Assembly (NCBI RefSeq): GCF_052425735.1 | Contig: NC_135768.1 | Span: 62,001 to 126,000, forward strand | DNA: 64,000 bases | Source: Oculina patagonica | Lineage: Eukaryota | Direction of reading: 5' to 3' | In this document: positions 49,241 to 64,000 of the stretch, in pieces | How positions within the stretch are numbered: the first letter of the stretch is position 1 | How the letters are laid out: each line of letters starts with the position of its first letter | The notes under the pieces: model-generated | What the model saw: only the letters and a program-made list of their open reading frames with translations | Told to the model about the DNA's origin: nothing | The model's database searches: none | Made by a program: the position numbers and the translations under genes

Positions 49241-52200
49241 TTATCTTGTAGACTTGTTAGTTCTATTGGGTGGCAGGGCTATCACTCTAGTCCGTGATGT
49301 CAAGTTAACCTCGCCATGATTCGCTTCAGTCAGGAGGTTGAGAAGTGAATTCTCAAGAATGGACTCCACCAGTGACTCGAACTCAGGCAATCTGAAAGAT
49401 ATATTGTGGCTAGCTACAGATTAGAAAATAAGGTATGGGACAAGGAAGAGAGTTCTTGCTGGATTTCTAGATGAGGCCGTGCAAATGGGCCCAGAAAACT
49501 CTTGCTCATTCATGACAAAATCAATGCTGATAACCCTCTTCCAGATTTAAAAATAACACAAAGATCGATTTCCTTGCCTTAAAAAGATTTCTCAGCTCCA
49601 GACGAAAACACCAAATTTTTACACGGTTTTCCAGACTACAATTTTGCAAGCCATATACAACACAGAAGCACGTGCCCTGTCATGGAAAATTGACGCTATT
49701 TGTTTTCTTTGTTTTCTTACTGGACTCAACGACAGTTAAAGATAACGCAAAATCATTCAAATTAACGCGAGAAGAAGGAAATTTAGGCGAACTACAGAAA
49801 GGAAACACCATTTTTAACTTGACAACAAAAATTTGATCTCAAAATTTGTAAGGATAAAATAAATCGCGAGATACCTGTGAGAAAGTGGAGGAACTTAAAA
49901 TTTAATACGCCAAAAGGAGGAAGCCGTTGATGTTGTTGTGTTGTTTTTAATTTATTATACGGGGTCGTAATTTCATGTAAATTTTATTGAAGGGTTCGAT
50001 CACACCGTTTTATTTGTACTTATTTTATTTTGAAGTTCTGTACAAGTCCGGCCATTTCCTGAATAATTGATTAGCTGACTGCTAACTATACCAACCTGCG
50101 CACTGTTTGTCTCTGTGCTGTGATTGTTTCAGGCTCGCCATCAGTGACCATCAGTCTGTCAGCAGTTATGGACAGTGACGAGTCTGAGGAGCGCTGGATT
50201 ATCTGATGTGTTCTGCTCAGGACTCTTTCTTCTGCAGCACCACCTGGGTGAGTATGGGCACCACCAGGAGTCTGCTACACAACACAAATACAGATAACAT
50301 TACAACACTGTTATGTACACAGGATTATGACCTTACATAACAAAAGGAAAAGAAAATAGTAGCCTGTAGCTGAACCCAGAGCGATTTCAGTCTATCCGGT
50401 TGTTCAATCTGGGTTCACAACTAAGAAAACGACCACGTTATTTTTGTCAAAAAACTTATTAAAAGTACATTTGGAGTAATTCAAAATTCCTTATGTAAAT
50501 CCTTGCTGGAGGCCAGCTCAAGGTCACAAGAACTTTCATCTTTCCCAAACTCGTGCAATGTAAAAACAGCGTAGTTGGAATAACAACAGTTCTTCTTTTA
50601 CATGGTCAAAAACATCTCCTTTACCTATTCTGTTTTTGTAACTACTTTTTTAATTTTCCCGTTTTCCGCATTTTCTGTTGTTGGTATTTAATAGCACTGA
50701 ACATGGCATCCCTAACTGTTCATTACTGTTCAACTGCAATTTTAATGCAACTCTGCAGAAAAGATTTTTTTTTTAACTTCAAGCGCCATGCAGCTTAGGT
50801 CCCACCATTTCCTGAGCAATTAAGTATGTTCCAAACAGTACGTTCTTGAGTGCACACACACAAAATATGCTTCTTTTACAAAGTAAAACTTTTACTTTTT
50901 ACTAAACAGCACTCTTGCAAGCCACTGTCATAGAAACATAGCTGAAAGTCACAAAACTCATTTATTACTCCCCGGTAAGGTTTTCTTTGTCACTTTCCTT
51001 ACCTGTTTAGTACGAGGCAGTTGTTCCAGTTCACGACTGACCTCCTCACTAGAAGAAGACGGGTCACTGCTTTGACTGCTGGCAGAGGAGGGCCTGGAGC
51101 TGGTGGTGTATTGTGTTTCACACAGCTGTCTAAAGTAGGGCACAGGCTCCTGGTTTATCTCGGACATTCTCTGATAGAAATTGTCATCATCCAGAAGACC
51201 CCTGTATCAACAGAAACAACGTACAGTAATGATTTGATTTGGCACATTCCTTACAATAAGTACTCTTCTGTTTGTACTTTACCATAAGCGAGATAAAATA
51301 GGCGTTCAAGATGTCTTTGTCACCTCTTGGAGGAAACAAGGAAAGAAATTTCCATTTAGCTCAAGCTCAACGACTTTGCGGTCAGCATTAATAAGTTTTC
51401 GTAGGTACCCCGCGTCCGTCTAGGAACCTTCGCCCTCCCAAAATTAAAATAACACCCTATGAACCAATAGAATATCACTTTTAGACAGTAACAGGCGTAA
51501 GCACCCCATTGCATAGTCTAAACAATGAAAGTATGATGGGATAAAGATTGAGGTTACCTCAAAATAACAGAGAGTACATCCTCGATGATTGACATTTCAG
51601 GTCTTGAGCAGGAGACTAATGCAGACAGCTCCTCTTTGTCTTGGTCACCAGTCCCTTGAGACAACACATAGCGCCTGCAAAACATCAAGTAACATGTGAC
51701 ACTAAAGCTACCAGTAAAGCGTATGGAAAAAGGATCAATTTTTAAAAGCCATAAAATGCTGTCTCCTCAGACAGCTTCCAAGCCTTTTCTTCACACTACA
51801 ACAAATCCTCTTTTTAAAAGAAAATACTATTGAACAAGTAAATTGATTGCACTTTTAGTTTAAATGGGACTACTCACTGGTCGATCAGGAACTTATCCAC
51901 TGCTGATGGGAAGCTCGCATAAAACCCTCCTATCGCATGCGTCTTAGCAGTGACTCCCAAATGAAGCAAGAATGATTCTGGAGGGACAGGTTGTGGTGGT
52001 GTCTCTTGTCGAGATGATCTGCTTGTCTTCTTCCTTTTTGTTTCTTTGGGTGAACCTATTGGAGGTAGAGCCTGGTATTTCCTCAAGTCTCCCTCAGAAT
52101 GAGACATGGAGCGGCTTGGGTGGCTGATTGATTTAAGGTGCGGTCCGGACTGAGGTCTTTTCAAATCATCTTCAGTTATTGTGAAGGTGTATTGTTTTTC

Positions 52201-54716
52201 TTCCTTCATGTTGGTCCAGTCTATAAGCCGCTCGTTATACTCCGCCATCTCTGTTTCATCAACAATCTGCAAGACAAGACGTGTCACTTAGCTTAAAGAG
52301 CTCGAGCTGAGCTGAGCTGACTGAACGTGCAACTGACTCAGAGTCTCAAAGGATAGTACTGAATCAATGCGCTGATAAATTGACAGCACGACTGTTTTAA
52401 CATCGATACCCTCACTAATTTGCAAATCATTTTCCGCATAAAACAGAAAACGTTGCCTCCAATACCAGAGAGATTTGACCGATAGAGCAGTTGCTTCACA
52501 ATGCTCACAAACATAAAATCCGAAGAGATTGATTATTTTGAAGCAGTTTTCCTTCCTAAACATTTTCGAAAACACGCCACTTCTTTCGCGAGCTATTTTT
52601 AACCTCCAGGCGTTCCACGCATCTTTTTGGAATGTCCAGTTTCGTCTTGTCTAAATAAAGGAACTTTCACTTTCACATTTGTAAGACAGACATGTCACTT
52701 GGCTTAAAGAGCTGCGAGCTGAGCTGACTGAATGTGCAAAAACGGCTTTTCTTCATTGAAAACTAAACGATTAGTTCATTACTACCTCGCATATAATGTC
52801 CATGTCGTAAAGCGATGGTGCACCACAGGAAAAGAACGAAACCTAGAAAATAAACAAAGTATACTGTAAGACCGAGCAGAAAGCTATAAAATAAACACAG
52901 TATACTGTAAGACAGAGCAGAAAGCTATAAAATAAACACAGTATACTGTAAGACAGAGCAGAAAACTATAAAATAAACACAGATACTGTAAGACCGAGCA
53001 GAAAACTATAAAATAAACACAGTATACTGTAAGACCGAGCAGAAAACAAAAATAAACACAGTATACTGTAAGACCGAGCAGAAAACTATAAAATAAACAC
53101 AGCATACTGTTAGTCAGAGAAGAAACAAGTTCGAGGAAACGATTTCAATTCATAAATATCAAGCAGACACAACAAACGTTATGTAACCAACCTTCAGCAG
53201 CACATTTTGCTGTGGTTTGAGGAAGCCATGATCGGGTTCTATCATTATCACCTAAAATTAAAATTTCACAGAACAATACGTTGAGAAAACAAGAACAAAT
53301 ACATATACGTTAAATAAATTACCGTCAAGGAACCAATTACAAGTTGGATAAAGAATCATGGTATAATGTACCTTAAAACTAAGTTAGCGAGCAACTCGAA
53401 TTTATACATTTTATAGTGTTTATGAAACAAACTGTAATTTTTGCAGCCATTAAAGAAAACAATTTGCTCTTTTTATCTATATCTTGACATCCCCAAACAT
53501 CAATGAAATACATTTTTAATTATTTTTTTTTTTTTTTTTAATTCCACAAAACCATATTTTAGATGTTCAGGACTTAATTCTCTCGCAACATTGCCAGCTT
53601 ATCCATTTATTCTTAAAGTGCGACAACAAACAAACAAACCTGATCCACAGCAGATCCCTCTAAAATCCATCTGAAGGATATAATGTGGTCTGGTGAAGAA
53701 TTGGTCAGGAAGAACATGCGATGAGACATTGTATACAGAGGAACATCGCCAAATGGAATGCATTCCACTGACAAGTATGATAGCTGAAAAATAATAAACA
53801 ATCTCGAGTCACTGTTTTGTTCCACATGGCACCTGCAGGAAAAGGCTATATTGTACACTGTTTTACTGTTAACTTGTCAACAAAGTACTATTTCTCCTTA
53901 CAACATTAACACATTGTTTGGTTGATCAAGCAATTGGAAAACCACCACAAATAGAGCAGTTTTTAACTGAGTTTCGTAAAACCAAAACCAAAGTAATCGC
54001 TCTGGCCAACCACAAAGGACACAGACTATCCAGTGAACCAATCAAACTCGAAGTAAATACATGTAGCAGGCGCAAAATGCGGGAGAACTGGGTGAGTGAA
54101 TCACGTTTGTTTTTAGTTCTACTTCTGATTGGATGAGGAAAGGGGGGGGGGGAATGAGACTTTTTTATCAATCACCTAGCGTAGTAATACAAAACCGAAG
54201 CAAGTGTGAATTACTTTAATTTCGATACTCAAATGAAAACGACTCTGCGTCAAGAATGAAATTCAAACTTTCCGAGTCAGTGTAACAGCCCATTGCAGCC
54301 CATTCACTGCAAGGGCTTGTACAATCTTTATAGCATAGCTGTTACTAACCTGTTTATGCACCTGGACTATCTGCTTATCAGGTACCGTGGTGCTACCCAC
54401 ATCCTTGACAGGAAGAGTGTCGCCCAAGATCCGCTGGTCATATCCTACACCAGTAAATGTAACCAACACTGTCTCTCCACCAATAATACGGACTGGAATA
54501 TCCACCTACAGGTCAACAAAAAACGTTATTAAGTTTAAAGAACGGGCGTTACTGGCACACATTACATCAGTGCTTATCTTCTATAGCATGAAGTGGCTGG
54601 AAGTATTGTTACTCCCCTTGGATTGGATGGCACACTTTTGGTATGAACAACAAGCGCTTTCTTCAAGGACAGAATACTCCTGCAAGGTTGTCTAAATACT
54701 TTTTGTTCCAAAAATG

Positions 54717-54768
<52 letters not shown>

Positions 54769-57700
54769 CGATTGAATGGCACCCATCAGTCTCGGAAGAC
54801 CTTATGGTGTCGCGTTCTGGATGATAGTTCTAGAACAGCGTTTGCTGTGGCTTGAAAGGCCGATTGGGAAATGTGAAATGTGAATAAAGTATTTATTAAC
54901 AAGATGGGCCACTAAGACAAAGAAAAGAACTAAAGATACTTGAAAGAAACTTGACTGACCATGTAAGTTCTTGCTTCAAGTGGAGCAAACTGCCAGTAAA
55001 TCAGAGCAGCACATCCAGGGGGGATCTCTCCTGATGGATTCAAACACTCAAAGATGCGGCAGCCATAGTTTTGCTGAATGGAAGATATCAAAATAACAAA
55101 GTCAAAGAAACTCCAAAATAAAAATCTTTGCAAAAACAAAAATTGATTAGTAATGGAGGCTCTATGAGTAGGTGCATATACTTCAACTGTAAAGTATTTG
55201 TTTAAAAAGGATGGGAATCCGGGTTTAGGGCAAAGATATTTTAAAATGATTGGGACATTTGATTAATTTAAAAGCCATTTTTGGGGTTGCAATAAATGTT
55301 TCTTATCGAATTGGAATTTAGAAGTGTTAGTTTTTGTAGAGGGAGGAAACCAGAGAAAATTCTTCAGAGCAAGGACAAGAACAAACAACAAACTCAACCC
55401 ACATATGACACCGAGTCTGGGAATTGAACCCTAAAGTCTGGCACATCCTGTTGATTACACACAAAAAAAAAAACACGATGGAGAAGTAACTGTACTTACA
55501 GCCTGGACTTGTGCTAGTGGTTCCATATCCAGCTCGTACTTAACAACCCTGGCTCCTCCATTGTAGAGCTCATACACTTGTACTGGTGGCGAGGTCCCTC
55601 CCACTGGGACTGGCTCAAACATGTGCCTTGTGTTTGCAAAGTGAACATAAAAGCTGTCTGGGTCCACAGTCACACCAATGAAATTCAGCTGTGGGAAAAA
55701 AGAAACAAACAAAAATTATAATAATTAAATATACAAAAACAATACTTTCAACAGTGCGCGGGTGCTTACCATTAATCAGAACTGGTCTCAAGGCCAGACC
55801 GATATATTCAAGAATGGAATTCCGTTGTTAGTCAGAATTGTCCTGTCAAATCAGTTAATGCATAAATATTATAATATACTGTTGTAGTAGATTTGTGGGA
55901 AAATCTCGTGAAAAAGGCCCATTTTGCAATTCACATTCAAAACTACCGCCCCAGCCGACCAGTTCTGACTAATGGTAAGCACCCTAAGTTCAAAGGTTAA
56001 CACCTCTCAAAGGATGCCTTCATTCTCTTAATGAACACCTCTAAGATGGTCTGACTTACAGTGCGACACGCCTTACCGTGGCCACCCAAAAAACCTTTTT
56101 ACAAGTGTCATCTTGTAATATTTTACGTTTTCACTGCGTTTTGTTAACAAATACGATTTAACAAGTAGCCATTTGATCGTATTCAACTTGAGAGTACACT
56201 TGTAAAAAAGTTTGTTGGGTGGCCATGGTAAGGTGCATCGCACCATATCAGGTAGTCGACTGAAATAAAACACCTTGTCTATTACAACTGTCATACCAGG
56301 ATTTCTCTTCCTCTCATGACCTTGAACAAGATTGGAAGTCTGTTGGTACCAGTGAACAAATGGCTGGCAATGCAATGCATAAACAGAAATCAGTAAGAAG
56401 AAAGTAACACAGTTAAGAAACCTAAAGGTCAGTACATTGTATTCCATATTGAGAGGCTTTAGTTTGAACTGGCCTCAGATTATTTTCTGTTGTGTTCTTG
56501 AGCAAGACACCAAACTCTCACAGTGCCCGTGCATCAAGGAACATTGGTTGCATGAAGTTTTACAAAAATGCTGAGTATAATCTAGCATTCTGGAGTTAGG
56601 CATTAGCTGCATGACCATCAGCGGGTGCCTATGATAGTTTACAGTGCATACTTATTTGCTGTGCAGTGGCCTAAGAAAAACACTCATGCTTTCTAGCAGG
56701 TACAGTATAAGCTAACTGAGTTCTCAGTCACCTGTACGTTAGAGTAACAGTGCAGCATTCTCCTGGTAACAATTTCCCTCTCCTAGGCTCAATGTTAAAC
56801 AGTTTATTATCCATGACCTGCATCTAAAGGATGATATAAACACACAGGACTGTTAATTATGGTAATTTACAGGGCTGTTTGAGTTAACCAAGTAAAAATA
56901 ACTAAAACGTGGGGTCAAATTCAAGGGAAATGAGACTTATTTTAAGTTAGCAGGGGTTTTTGAGTTACCGGGGCTCTACTGTATTCAACTTTATAATTAT
57001 AATACAGTGATGTGGGTCGTAACATCATCACTATATAGAATTTCTGATTCATTTTGCCATCTTTTTCACAACTTTCAGTGAGTTCTGGATGTTATGACCA
57101 ATCAAATAATTTTATATCAATTCGTGGGAGATCCAGACCACAACTCCAACCCTACCGAGACCACTCCTTATCCAGACACAGGACAGACCACAACTAACAC
57201 CAACCACAAATCCACAATGTTTCTCACCTCATGAAGTTCATCCTCGTCATACTCTCCTGTCTCTGCCCAGTACTCCAGTTCAAGCTGAAGATCACTTGGA
57301 TACAAGAATGCCCTGTAATGCAACAATTATGATCAGTTCTCAATATAATCCTAACTAGTGAGTCAAATACAAATATTTCAACAACTGTGACATCTTCTTA
57401 GAAATACATTGTTCAGCTATTCAACATTAGCATTTTACTCAGTGGTGTTGGGTAATTAACTGTGATACTATGTATTAAACTGTCTGCCTGGCTAGTAAGA
57501 TAAATAGATCCACTTACCATTCAGAAGGAACTGATCCTGTGTTCTGCAGGTTCAAATGCACTACACATGGGTCCCCACCCAGAGGTGCCGCTCCAAAGTT
57601 AAAGTCCATTATGGCTCTTGTGTTAACAGGGACTCTGCGCCTTGTGCTGTGAACATGGAAAAACAATCAAAAACTATCAATATACTAATGACCAACTGTC

Positions 57701-60700
57701 ATCTTCCTTGAGCATGATTTTGTCATCAATAAAAACTCAACAAAAATGGTCTGAATTATTTTGACAATTGCAGTGGATATCAGGGATCTGTGGTCACAAG
57801 TTACTGACCTGTGTCTAGTGACTGCAGCATAAAGGAGTTCTGATGGAGATGGATCAGACTCCAGACATTCATTGAGACTGCAAAGTAAAAACAAGAATGA
57901 TGCAATTTTTAGCATTATCTTCTAAGTCAAGTTTATACCCATTAGAATAATTGATTAGTCATTATTCATCAAAGTTCTCTCTCATCACAGTAGCAAGTGC
58001 CATAAAATAAAAGTTTGGGGCTTAGCCCTTCATCAGTGAAAAAGTCAAGGAGGGAGGAAGAGCCCCAGGGCAACACTGGACTCGAGATGCACTCTCATCT
58101 AATTTACATCAACAATTTCAAAATTAACTAGAATTCTTCATTTCAGAAGCAAACACAGTCGCAATTTACAGTCAACTGAAATCAGCCCTAGCTAGAAGTA
58201 ATGTTGTTAATCTCACCTGTCCAGGGAGAAGAGGTTCCATATCTGCACTTTACTGTACCCTTTACCACTTCCCAAGCACCGGGCATCAGTCACAGACAGA
58301 GTAGGATACACTCCCTGACACCGCAGTTCAACAAGTTGTCTCTTGGGGCAGGTGATGAAAGGTTGGCTATCAGCTAGAGGAAAAGAAATGGCTTGGTATT
58401 ACTAAGTATTTTCACTCAATATATTTTACAAAATACTATACACAAAGGTGGATGAGTAATCACTGGCAGTTTGTGCTAATGTAATCATGTAACCTACCAA
58501 ACATTGAAAACAGTTCATAACTGAGTTTGAACTTGTAGCAGACCCTGCGTGATGGATAAGCAGTGGCTGTGATCTTCTGGGAAGTTCTTGCTGGAATGAT
58601 TCCATTCTGGTCACCTATTTCCAGTGCTACAAGAGACGTCATAACAGTTTTAATGGTGAGGCATAAAAACTGGCATCAAACCAGCGTGTGACCATTCAAA
58701 TGAAAGCTATTGAGTAGTACTTTCATGTGGTACTGTTTATTATGCTGTGCACGGTGGCTTAATAGCTTTAAAGTCTGTGGTTGAAACCCTGTTTGATTTT
58801 TTTAAAATAAACAAAACTCTATGGGAATTTTTTTCAGGTAGCAGCTGCTTACCCATTACATCTCTTGCAGATTGCTCATCATCATAAGGTCCTGATATCT
58901 CCTGGTCAATAATTAGGTTATAGTGTAGACTGCAGTCACTGTTGTTGTGGATTGTCAGCTCTCGAGATGCAGAGCTTCCCACAATAATGTCGCCAAAATT
59001 TACAGCCTCTTCAGTGCACTGATGAAGCAAAAGAATAACTAAATTATATAACAGAAACCTCTATTTGTTGAACAACATATGCATGAAAATTTACAGCAAG
59101 GCGCCCAAATGTGTGACCACTTTTAATTTATTCACATTCTTTCGTGCAGATTTAATCCAATCAAAAGCCGTGGATAGCTTGCAGTTGACTTCTGATTGGA
59201 TTAAATCTGCACGAAAGAATGTGAATAAATTAAAAGTGGTCACACATTTGGGCGCCTTGCTGTAAATAGCAAACAATATTTTAATATCAAACATTCTGAC
59301 TAAAATACTTACCACTATTTCACCAACAGATCCCTCACCAATAACTCTTACTAGATAGGTCTTTTCTTCTGGTGCTCTGCACAAGATTAATGGACAGGTT
59401 AAATTTTGTAATGATTTGGTTTCATTCCTACAACAATAAACTTACACTTAGAGGTTTGAATTGAGTTAAAGGGTCACCCTTCAATCTTAATTGTCTGACC
59501 TTTAAAAATTTTCACCTCGTGATGTCTAATCATGTTAAAACTGAATGCAAGATTTTATACGGACCAATGCAACTAATAGTCAACAAGTAGTTTTGGTAGC
59601 ATTTTGTTGGAAAAAATACGGAACCTAGATTTATAATACACACAAGCTGCACAGACTTGCCATGTTATTATTCATAAACAGCCAAACAGTTAAGAGGAAA
59701 AAAAATTACAGGAGAAGAATTATCCTTACAGTTGTTGGTCATCTGCTTGCAATCCTTTGACAGTAAGTTTAGTCTTGATGACATACTTGTCTTCTGCATG
59801 AGGACTAAAGCTGAATGTGTGAGCCTATGAGAGAAACAGGATAGTTACAACATCAACCTGTATTAGACAATAATGCAAGTAGGTGTATACTGATTGGCCA
59901 GAAGCTCTGTTGTACCAGTTTCAAACCCGCTCACAAATTGCAATCATTTCATTAATAATTTATATGTCACTAGGGATGTCGGAAGAATGTCGAAAGCTTG
60001 CAAAAGTTGAAACAACTCTACCCATGGTAACAAGCTTACCTGAGTCTCATTAGGTAAGATGACATCTTCTGAGGGATAAATACTCATTGTTTTAACTTGA
60101 GGTCCAGGAACCTTCCAAGAAAACCTGATCACACAATAAAACTTGTTATTGCTAAAAAAATAACTTCAAGAGATAAGGTGTCAAGAATATTTGACAGACA
60201 AATTAAAGTAAACATAAAAGTATACTTAATAAATTAAATTCAATAAAATTTTTTTAAGAGAATTAAGCTTACAATGGCTCTCCCACTGAAAAACACCTAC
60301 AGACCAAACCTTTTTCTAACACAACTGAAAAAAAGTGGTAAAAGGGAAACTTATTTTAAGAAAATTCTTTGAGAGAAGTTTACTTAGAGACACACCTTAA
60401 TGGAATTCTGCAAGTGTTCTTGATTTCAAATGTCCTAGTAGATGCAGTTCCTAGACAGGTTGGTTTGAAATAAACTGTTCCCTAAAAAAAAAGAAGAATA
60501 TCACTTGTAACAAAATCTCTCAGTTGATTATGTATATATTAAATCATATCAATGTTTGATTCTTAGCTAATATACTGCAACTTAATAGAATGACTGAAGA
60601 TATCACATCAGATCTACCAAGACCCCTGATCACACAGGGCACTCCCATTTTTGACCCTTATCCCCTGTTCTAGATTATGACATTGTCATGCTATTCAGCA

Positions 60701-63700
60701 CAATTTTGCAGCTAGTTTTCTTTCATTTGTTGCAATGTTTATGCCTTTTTATGAATCTCCAGGTATGAGTAGAGTCACTGGTTTGTTTTGAAAATCTCCA
60801 GATCAGTTCATACAGGTTGGCAGTTCTGCTGCGTACACATCAATTTGACAACTACAACCAAAGCTTTAGAATCAGTGCAAAAGATAATCTATCCATTACA
60901 ATTGTAAATGTACCTGATTACTAAGTTTAAGAGATGGTGTCTCTGCTGATCCAACAAGGCTGATCTCCTGTACAAAATACAAAAGAACCACTCATGTTTT
61001 ACAAGAAATCATTGAGTTCTTATCATATTAAAATTAACTGACTTATGAAGTGCTCAAGTGATGTCATCATCATCACATCCTTTATTTAAACTTGACGTGT
61101 ACAGTGTATGTGTACATGCACATCACATTCTCAGCATCAAAACTTTTGTTAAATTTTGGTAGCTAAGCTTTTTTTCACATAAACAAGGAAAGAGTCATTA
61201 AGTTTAAATACCTGAGTAAATTTGTCAGCATCATTAAGCTTGCACTTGACAGTGTGTTTAAAGGTCTTTGCCTCTGTTGGTGTCATTTTAAAAACAATAA
61301 GCTGAAAAATTAAAAACAAATAAAAAAAATTAGCAACATTACCAAGTTTGATGATGTTTAGACTGATGTAAGCCACACTTGCCACATGTTTGCAAAACAG
61401 TCCCCAAACTTGCTATATATACTGATATAAATGTAATCACGAGTTAAATTTACAAACTTGGGACCCACCCACTTCCCTTGCGAAAAAGACTGTCTGAATA
61501 GCAGACTAAGCCTCATACCTTTATTGAAAATTTGAAATATATTGTCTGAAATGTGTTTAGAATGAGAAAGAAATTTAATTGTTAAAAAATCCTTCTTTGA
61601 CTGCAGTACAGCTTTGAATTTAATAAGTTACAATAAAAGAACCTGGTATTTGTCAGTGAGAAGTCCTGTTCGTGGTCTGCATGTAAACTCCCTGTGAGAA
61701 AATAATACTTACAGTTAGTATAAACTTGAGATCATTTAAAACTTTGTGAATCCTGAAATTTATATGAATGAAATAAAGAGAGAATTCTCTTTAACATACC
61801 CTGTTGGATCCTCATCAAATGCAAAATGGATCGGATTTTGTCCACTGTTGCTTAGCAACAAGGTTCGATATGACACACCATCCAATGTGACAGCTGGAAA
61901 GACCTGTTAAATAATGAAACAAGTTCAAGTTGTGGTGTTATTATAATTGAAATGGAGAACAAATTTCTAAAGAAACTGTTGGGTTGTATTAGTTACATTA
62001 CTAACACTGCTAGCAGAGTAATAGGTGTCAGCCTAGAAAACCTACAACAGCAAAGCACTCCCCTGGCAAGGTCCTGACAGGGGAGGGGAGGGGATCACTT
62101 TTTCTTACCAAGTGCTTGACATCCCACTGGCTTCTGGGTATAAATGTTTCAGTACCCAGTGAAAATGTGTGTCCTGAAAAATAAAATTGTATAGTGAGAT
62201 ACTGCATACATATACATGAAATTGACAGCAACAAGTAACAACTTCGTAACAGAGATCAGTGCTGATTTATGGATTTTGTAACTGTTCACAAACCTGTAGT
62301 GTTTAGTGACAGACACCAGGGAGGACACAGAGTAGTGTCCTCAACAAGTCGATAATCTCGCATACTCTATAACAGAACAGAAAATAAATTGTCATGATGT
62401 GTGTTTCAAGTTAACCTAACCATTATGTTAAGATCAAGAGATAAGCTGTTAAGTGGCAAACTGCTTTTGTACCATTTGTAAAAGGTATTTTTTTATAATT
62501 TCCAGGTAAACTAGCAATGGCACCAACATTTAATAAACTACAAATCTTTACCTTGTAAAACGTATAGCATTCCAGGTCAGCACTGAAAAACTGATTTGCA
62601 GCATTCTAAAAAAAAAGAATTCAATTCAGCTCTAATCAACAAAACCATTTAAACATGATTTATTAAAGTAAAGCAAAGTTAGAGGAAACCATTTGCAGGA
62701 TTTAGTGAGGTCTGTATGATAAATAAAGTAGGGTATTGGGAAAACTTGTGCATCAACGTTCTAGAATGTTAACAGATAGCTACAAATGGAATCACTTTTA
62801 ATTACATTAAAAGCATTTACTACTCCCAACACACTTATTGCATACAGCATTTACAGTGTATTTGTTTTAAGAGAAAACAGAGGTACAATAACTAGTTCAC
62901 ACTTACAGGTCTAAAGGTCACTCTAAATGAAGCAGTTTTTAAGGGAAGAATGTCACATTCCTCAGGAGAAACAGAAAATATCCCCTTTGTATCTGTAAGA
63001 AAACACATTGCAAGGTGAGACAATGATATCTTAACACAAACAAGCAGTAACTACAGTGAAACATTATCATTGACAGACTGTAAAGACATCCCTTGGCCTA
63101 AATGGGTCGACGACATAGCTTTACTTTTTAAATTCTTGACATCCCTTACCCCCACCCCAATTTAACAGGTCAATTATGCAAGATTACAACGCTTTCAACA
63201 AAATGTAAATTCCTAGGTGATAATATACATTCTATATTTCTGGTAACAGAAACAATAAGAAAAAACTGCTGACAATCGATGCCTCACTAACCTTTCATCC
63301 ACATGCATGTTATTTTTCCTTTTGTATGGTTTGTGATGTTGACCGTCTACAAAGATACAAGCACACACATAAATAGCATTTCAACATTTGATTGGTCTAT
63401 TGTAAAAATAGCTAATGAATGTTAATTTCATTCAAACTTTCGAGTGAAAATGAATGTTATTATAAGCAGTCCTTTCCATTGTCCTCATCAAGGTAACATT
63501 TCCTTGCTCTAAAAACCTCATTACTCAGGGCTGTCATTAAGGACCATAACCTGTAACAGCTGTTATGGCTGAGTTCACCAAAAGTTACAGGTGAAAATGT
63601 TATCTGGTGCTTTGTTACACTTATGTAAAGAGTGAAATACTACGGGTGATAACTCCAATGCAATGGCTTGTTAGAAAACTTGATGACAGCCCTGTTACAT

Positions 63701-64000
63701 GTAAACTTCCATTAGTAAGAAAGGTGGTTCTGCTGTAACTGAAGGTGGTTCTGCAAAAGTTATTGAAACATACTTTTAACTGTAAATGTCTTTGATTCAC
63801 AATTTTTGCAAACTGGTACTTTTAAATACAGTACTTAATGCTGTTTTTTTCTAATAATGGGGAAAAGAAAGTTTTAGAACTGTCTAACTGTTGTCACCTT
63901 CTGTTCTACTGCTTTAGGATCCAACAACTGCCCAAAGTCTGCATGGTGAATATCTAAACTGACATGAGGGACAACTGCAGTCTGAAATTCACAACACAAC
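49241..64000 (-). CDS. CFAP65: Cilia- and flagella-associated protein 65 (CCDC108), multi-exon 3' portion; 5' end lies beyond the window
   Basis: Many GT-AG exons, e.g. [106 protein letters not shown]...[11 protein letters not shown], last exon [41 protein letters not shown]...* (stop 49241-49243). Confidence 0.9.
52856..53110 (+). repeat. Minisatellite, ~6 copies of a ~41-bp unit, in a CFAP65 intron
   Basis: agtatactgtaagac(c/a)gagcagaaa(g/a)ctataaaataaacac repeated head-to-tail. Confidence 0.92.
54718..54775 (+). repeat. (GATT)n microsatellite
   Basis: gattgattgatt... about 13 units. Confidence 0.95.
59089..59267. mobile_element. Near-perfect hairpin MITE in a CFAP65 intron
   Basis: atttacagcaaggcgcccaaatgtgtgacc...ccaatca / tgattgg...ggtcacacatttgggcgccttgctgtaaat; ~75-bp arms. 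Confidence 0.85.
63526..63694. mobile_element. Old hAT-like MITE
   Basis: cagggctgtcat ... atgacagccctg termini; no clear TSD. Confidence 0.5.

Noticed and set aside
52856-53110. Regular ~41-bp repeat resembling a CRISPR array
   Set aside because: Head-to-tail units with no unique spacers, no cas genes, located in a eukaryotic intron: a minisatellite
59065-59384. ORFs on both strands sharing [14 protein letters not shown]
   Set aside because: Artefact of the palindromic MITE; only the portion overlapping a CFAP65 exon is coding

Overview
AT-rich, intron-containing eukaryotic (metazoan) genomic DNA; the repeat and gene content resemble a cnidarian, probably a stony coral (inference). Genes left to right: intronless DNAJC22 (+); 2-exon PEX12 (-), head-to-head (92 bp between ATGs) with an 8-exon RJL/DNAJC27-like GTPase lacking a J domain (+); FAM133-like (-); a possible small basic/acidic ORF (-); an unknown 2-exon helical protein and an unknown SH3 protein (+); a 7-exon, divergent cytosolic Hsp70 (+); a 3-exon DegT/DnrJ/EryC1/StrS-family PLP aminotransferase of bacterial type (+); and the 3' portion of CFAP65 (-), which runs off the window. 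Mobile DNA is dense: a 4.3-kb Sola3 element with ~1.1-kb TIRs and TTAA TSD, a 3.6-kb Merlin element with 8-bp TSD (transposase remnant plus a nested Penelope-like fragment), many MITEs with readable TSDs, tRNA-derived SINEs, and an inverted Penelope-type hammerhead-ribozyme unit enclosing a copy of nearby genomic DNA. Most worth follow-up: the animal DegT-like aminotransferase, the hammerhead hairpin 3' of RJL, the J-less RJL, and the divergent Hsp70. Exon boundaries were read by eye; no database searches were run.
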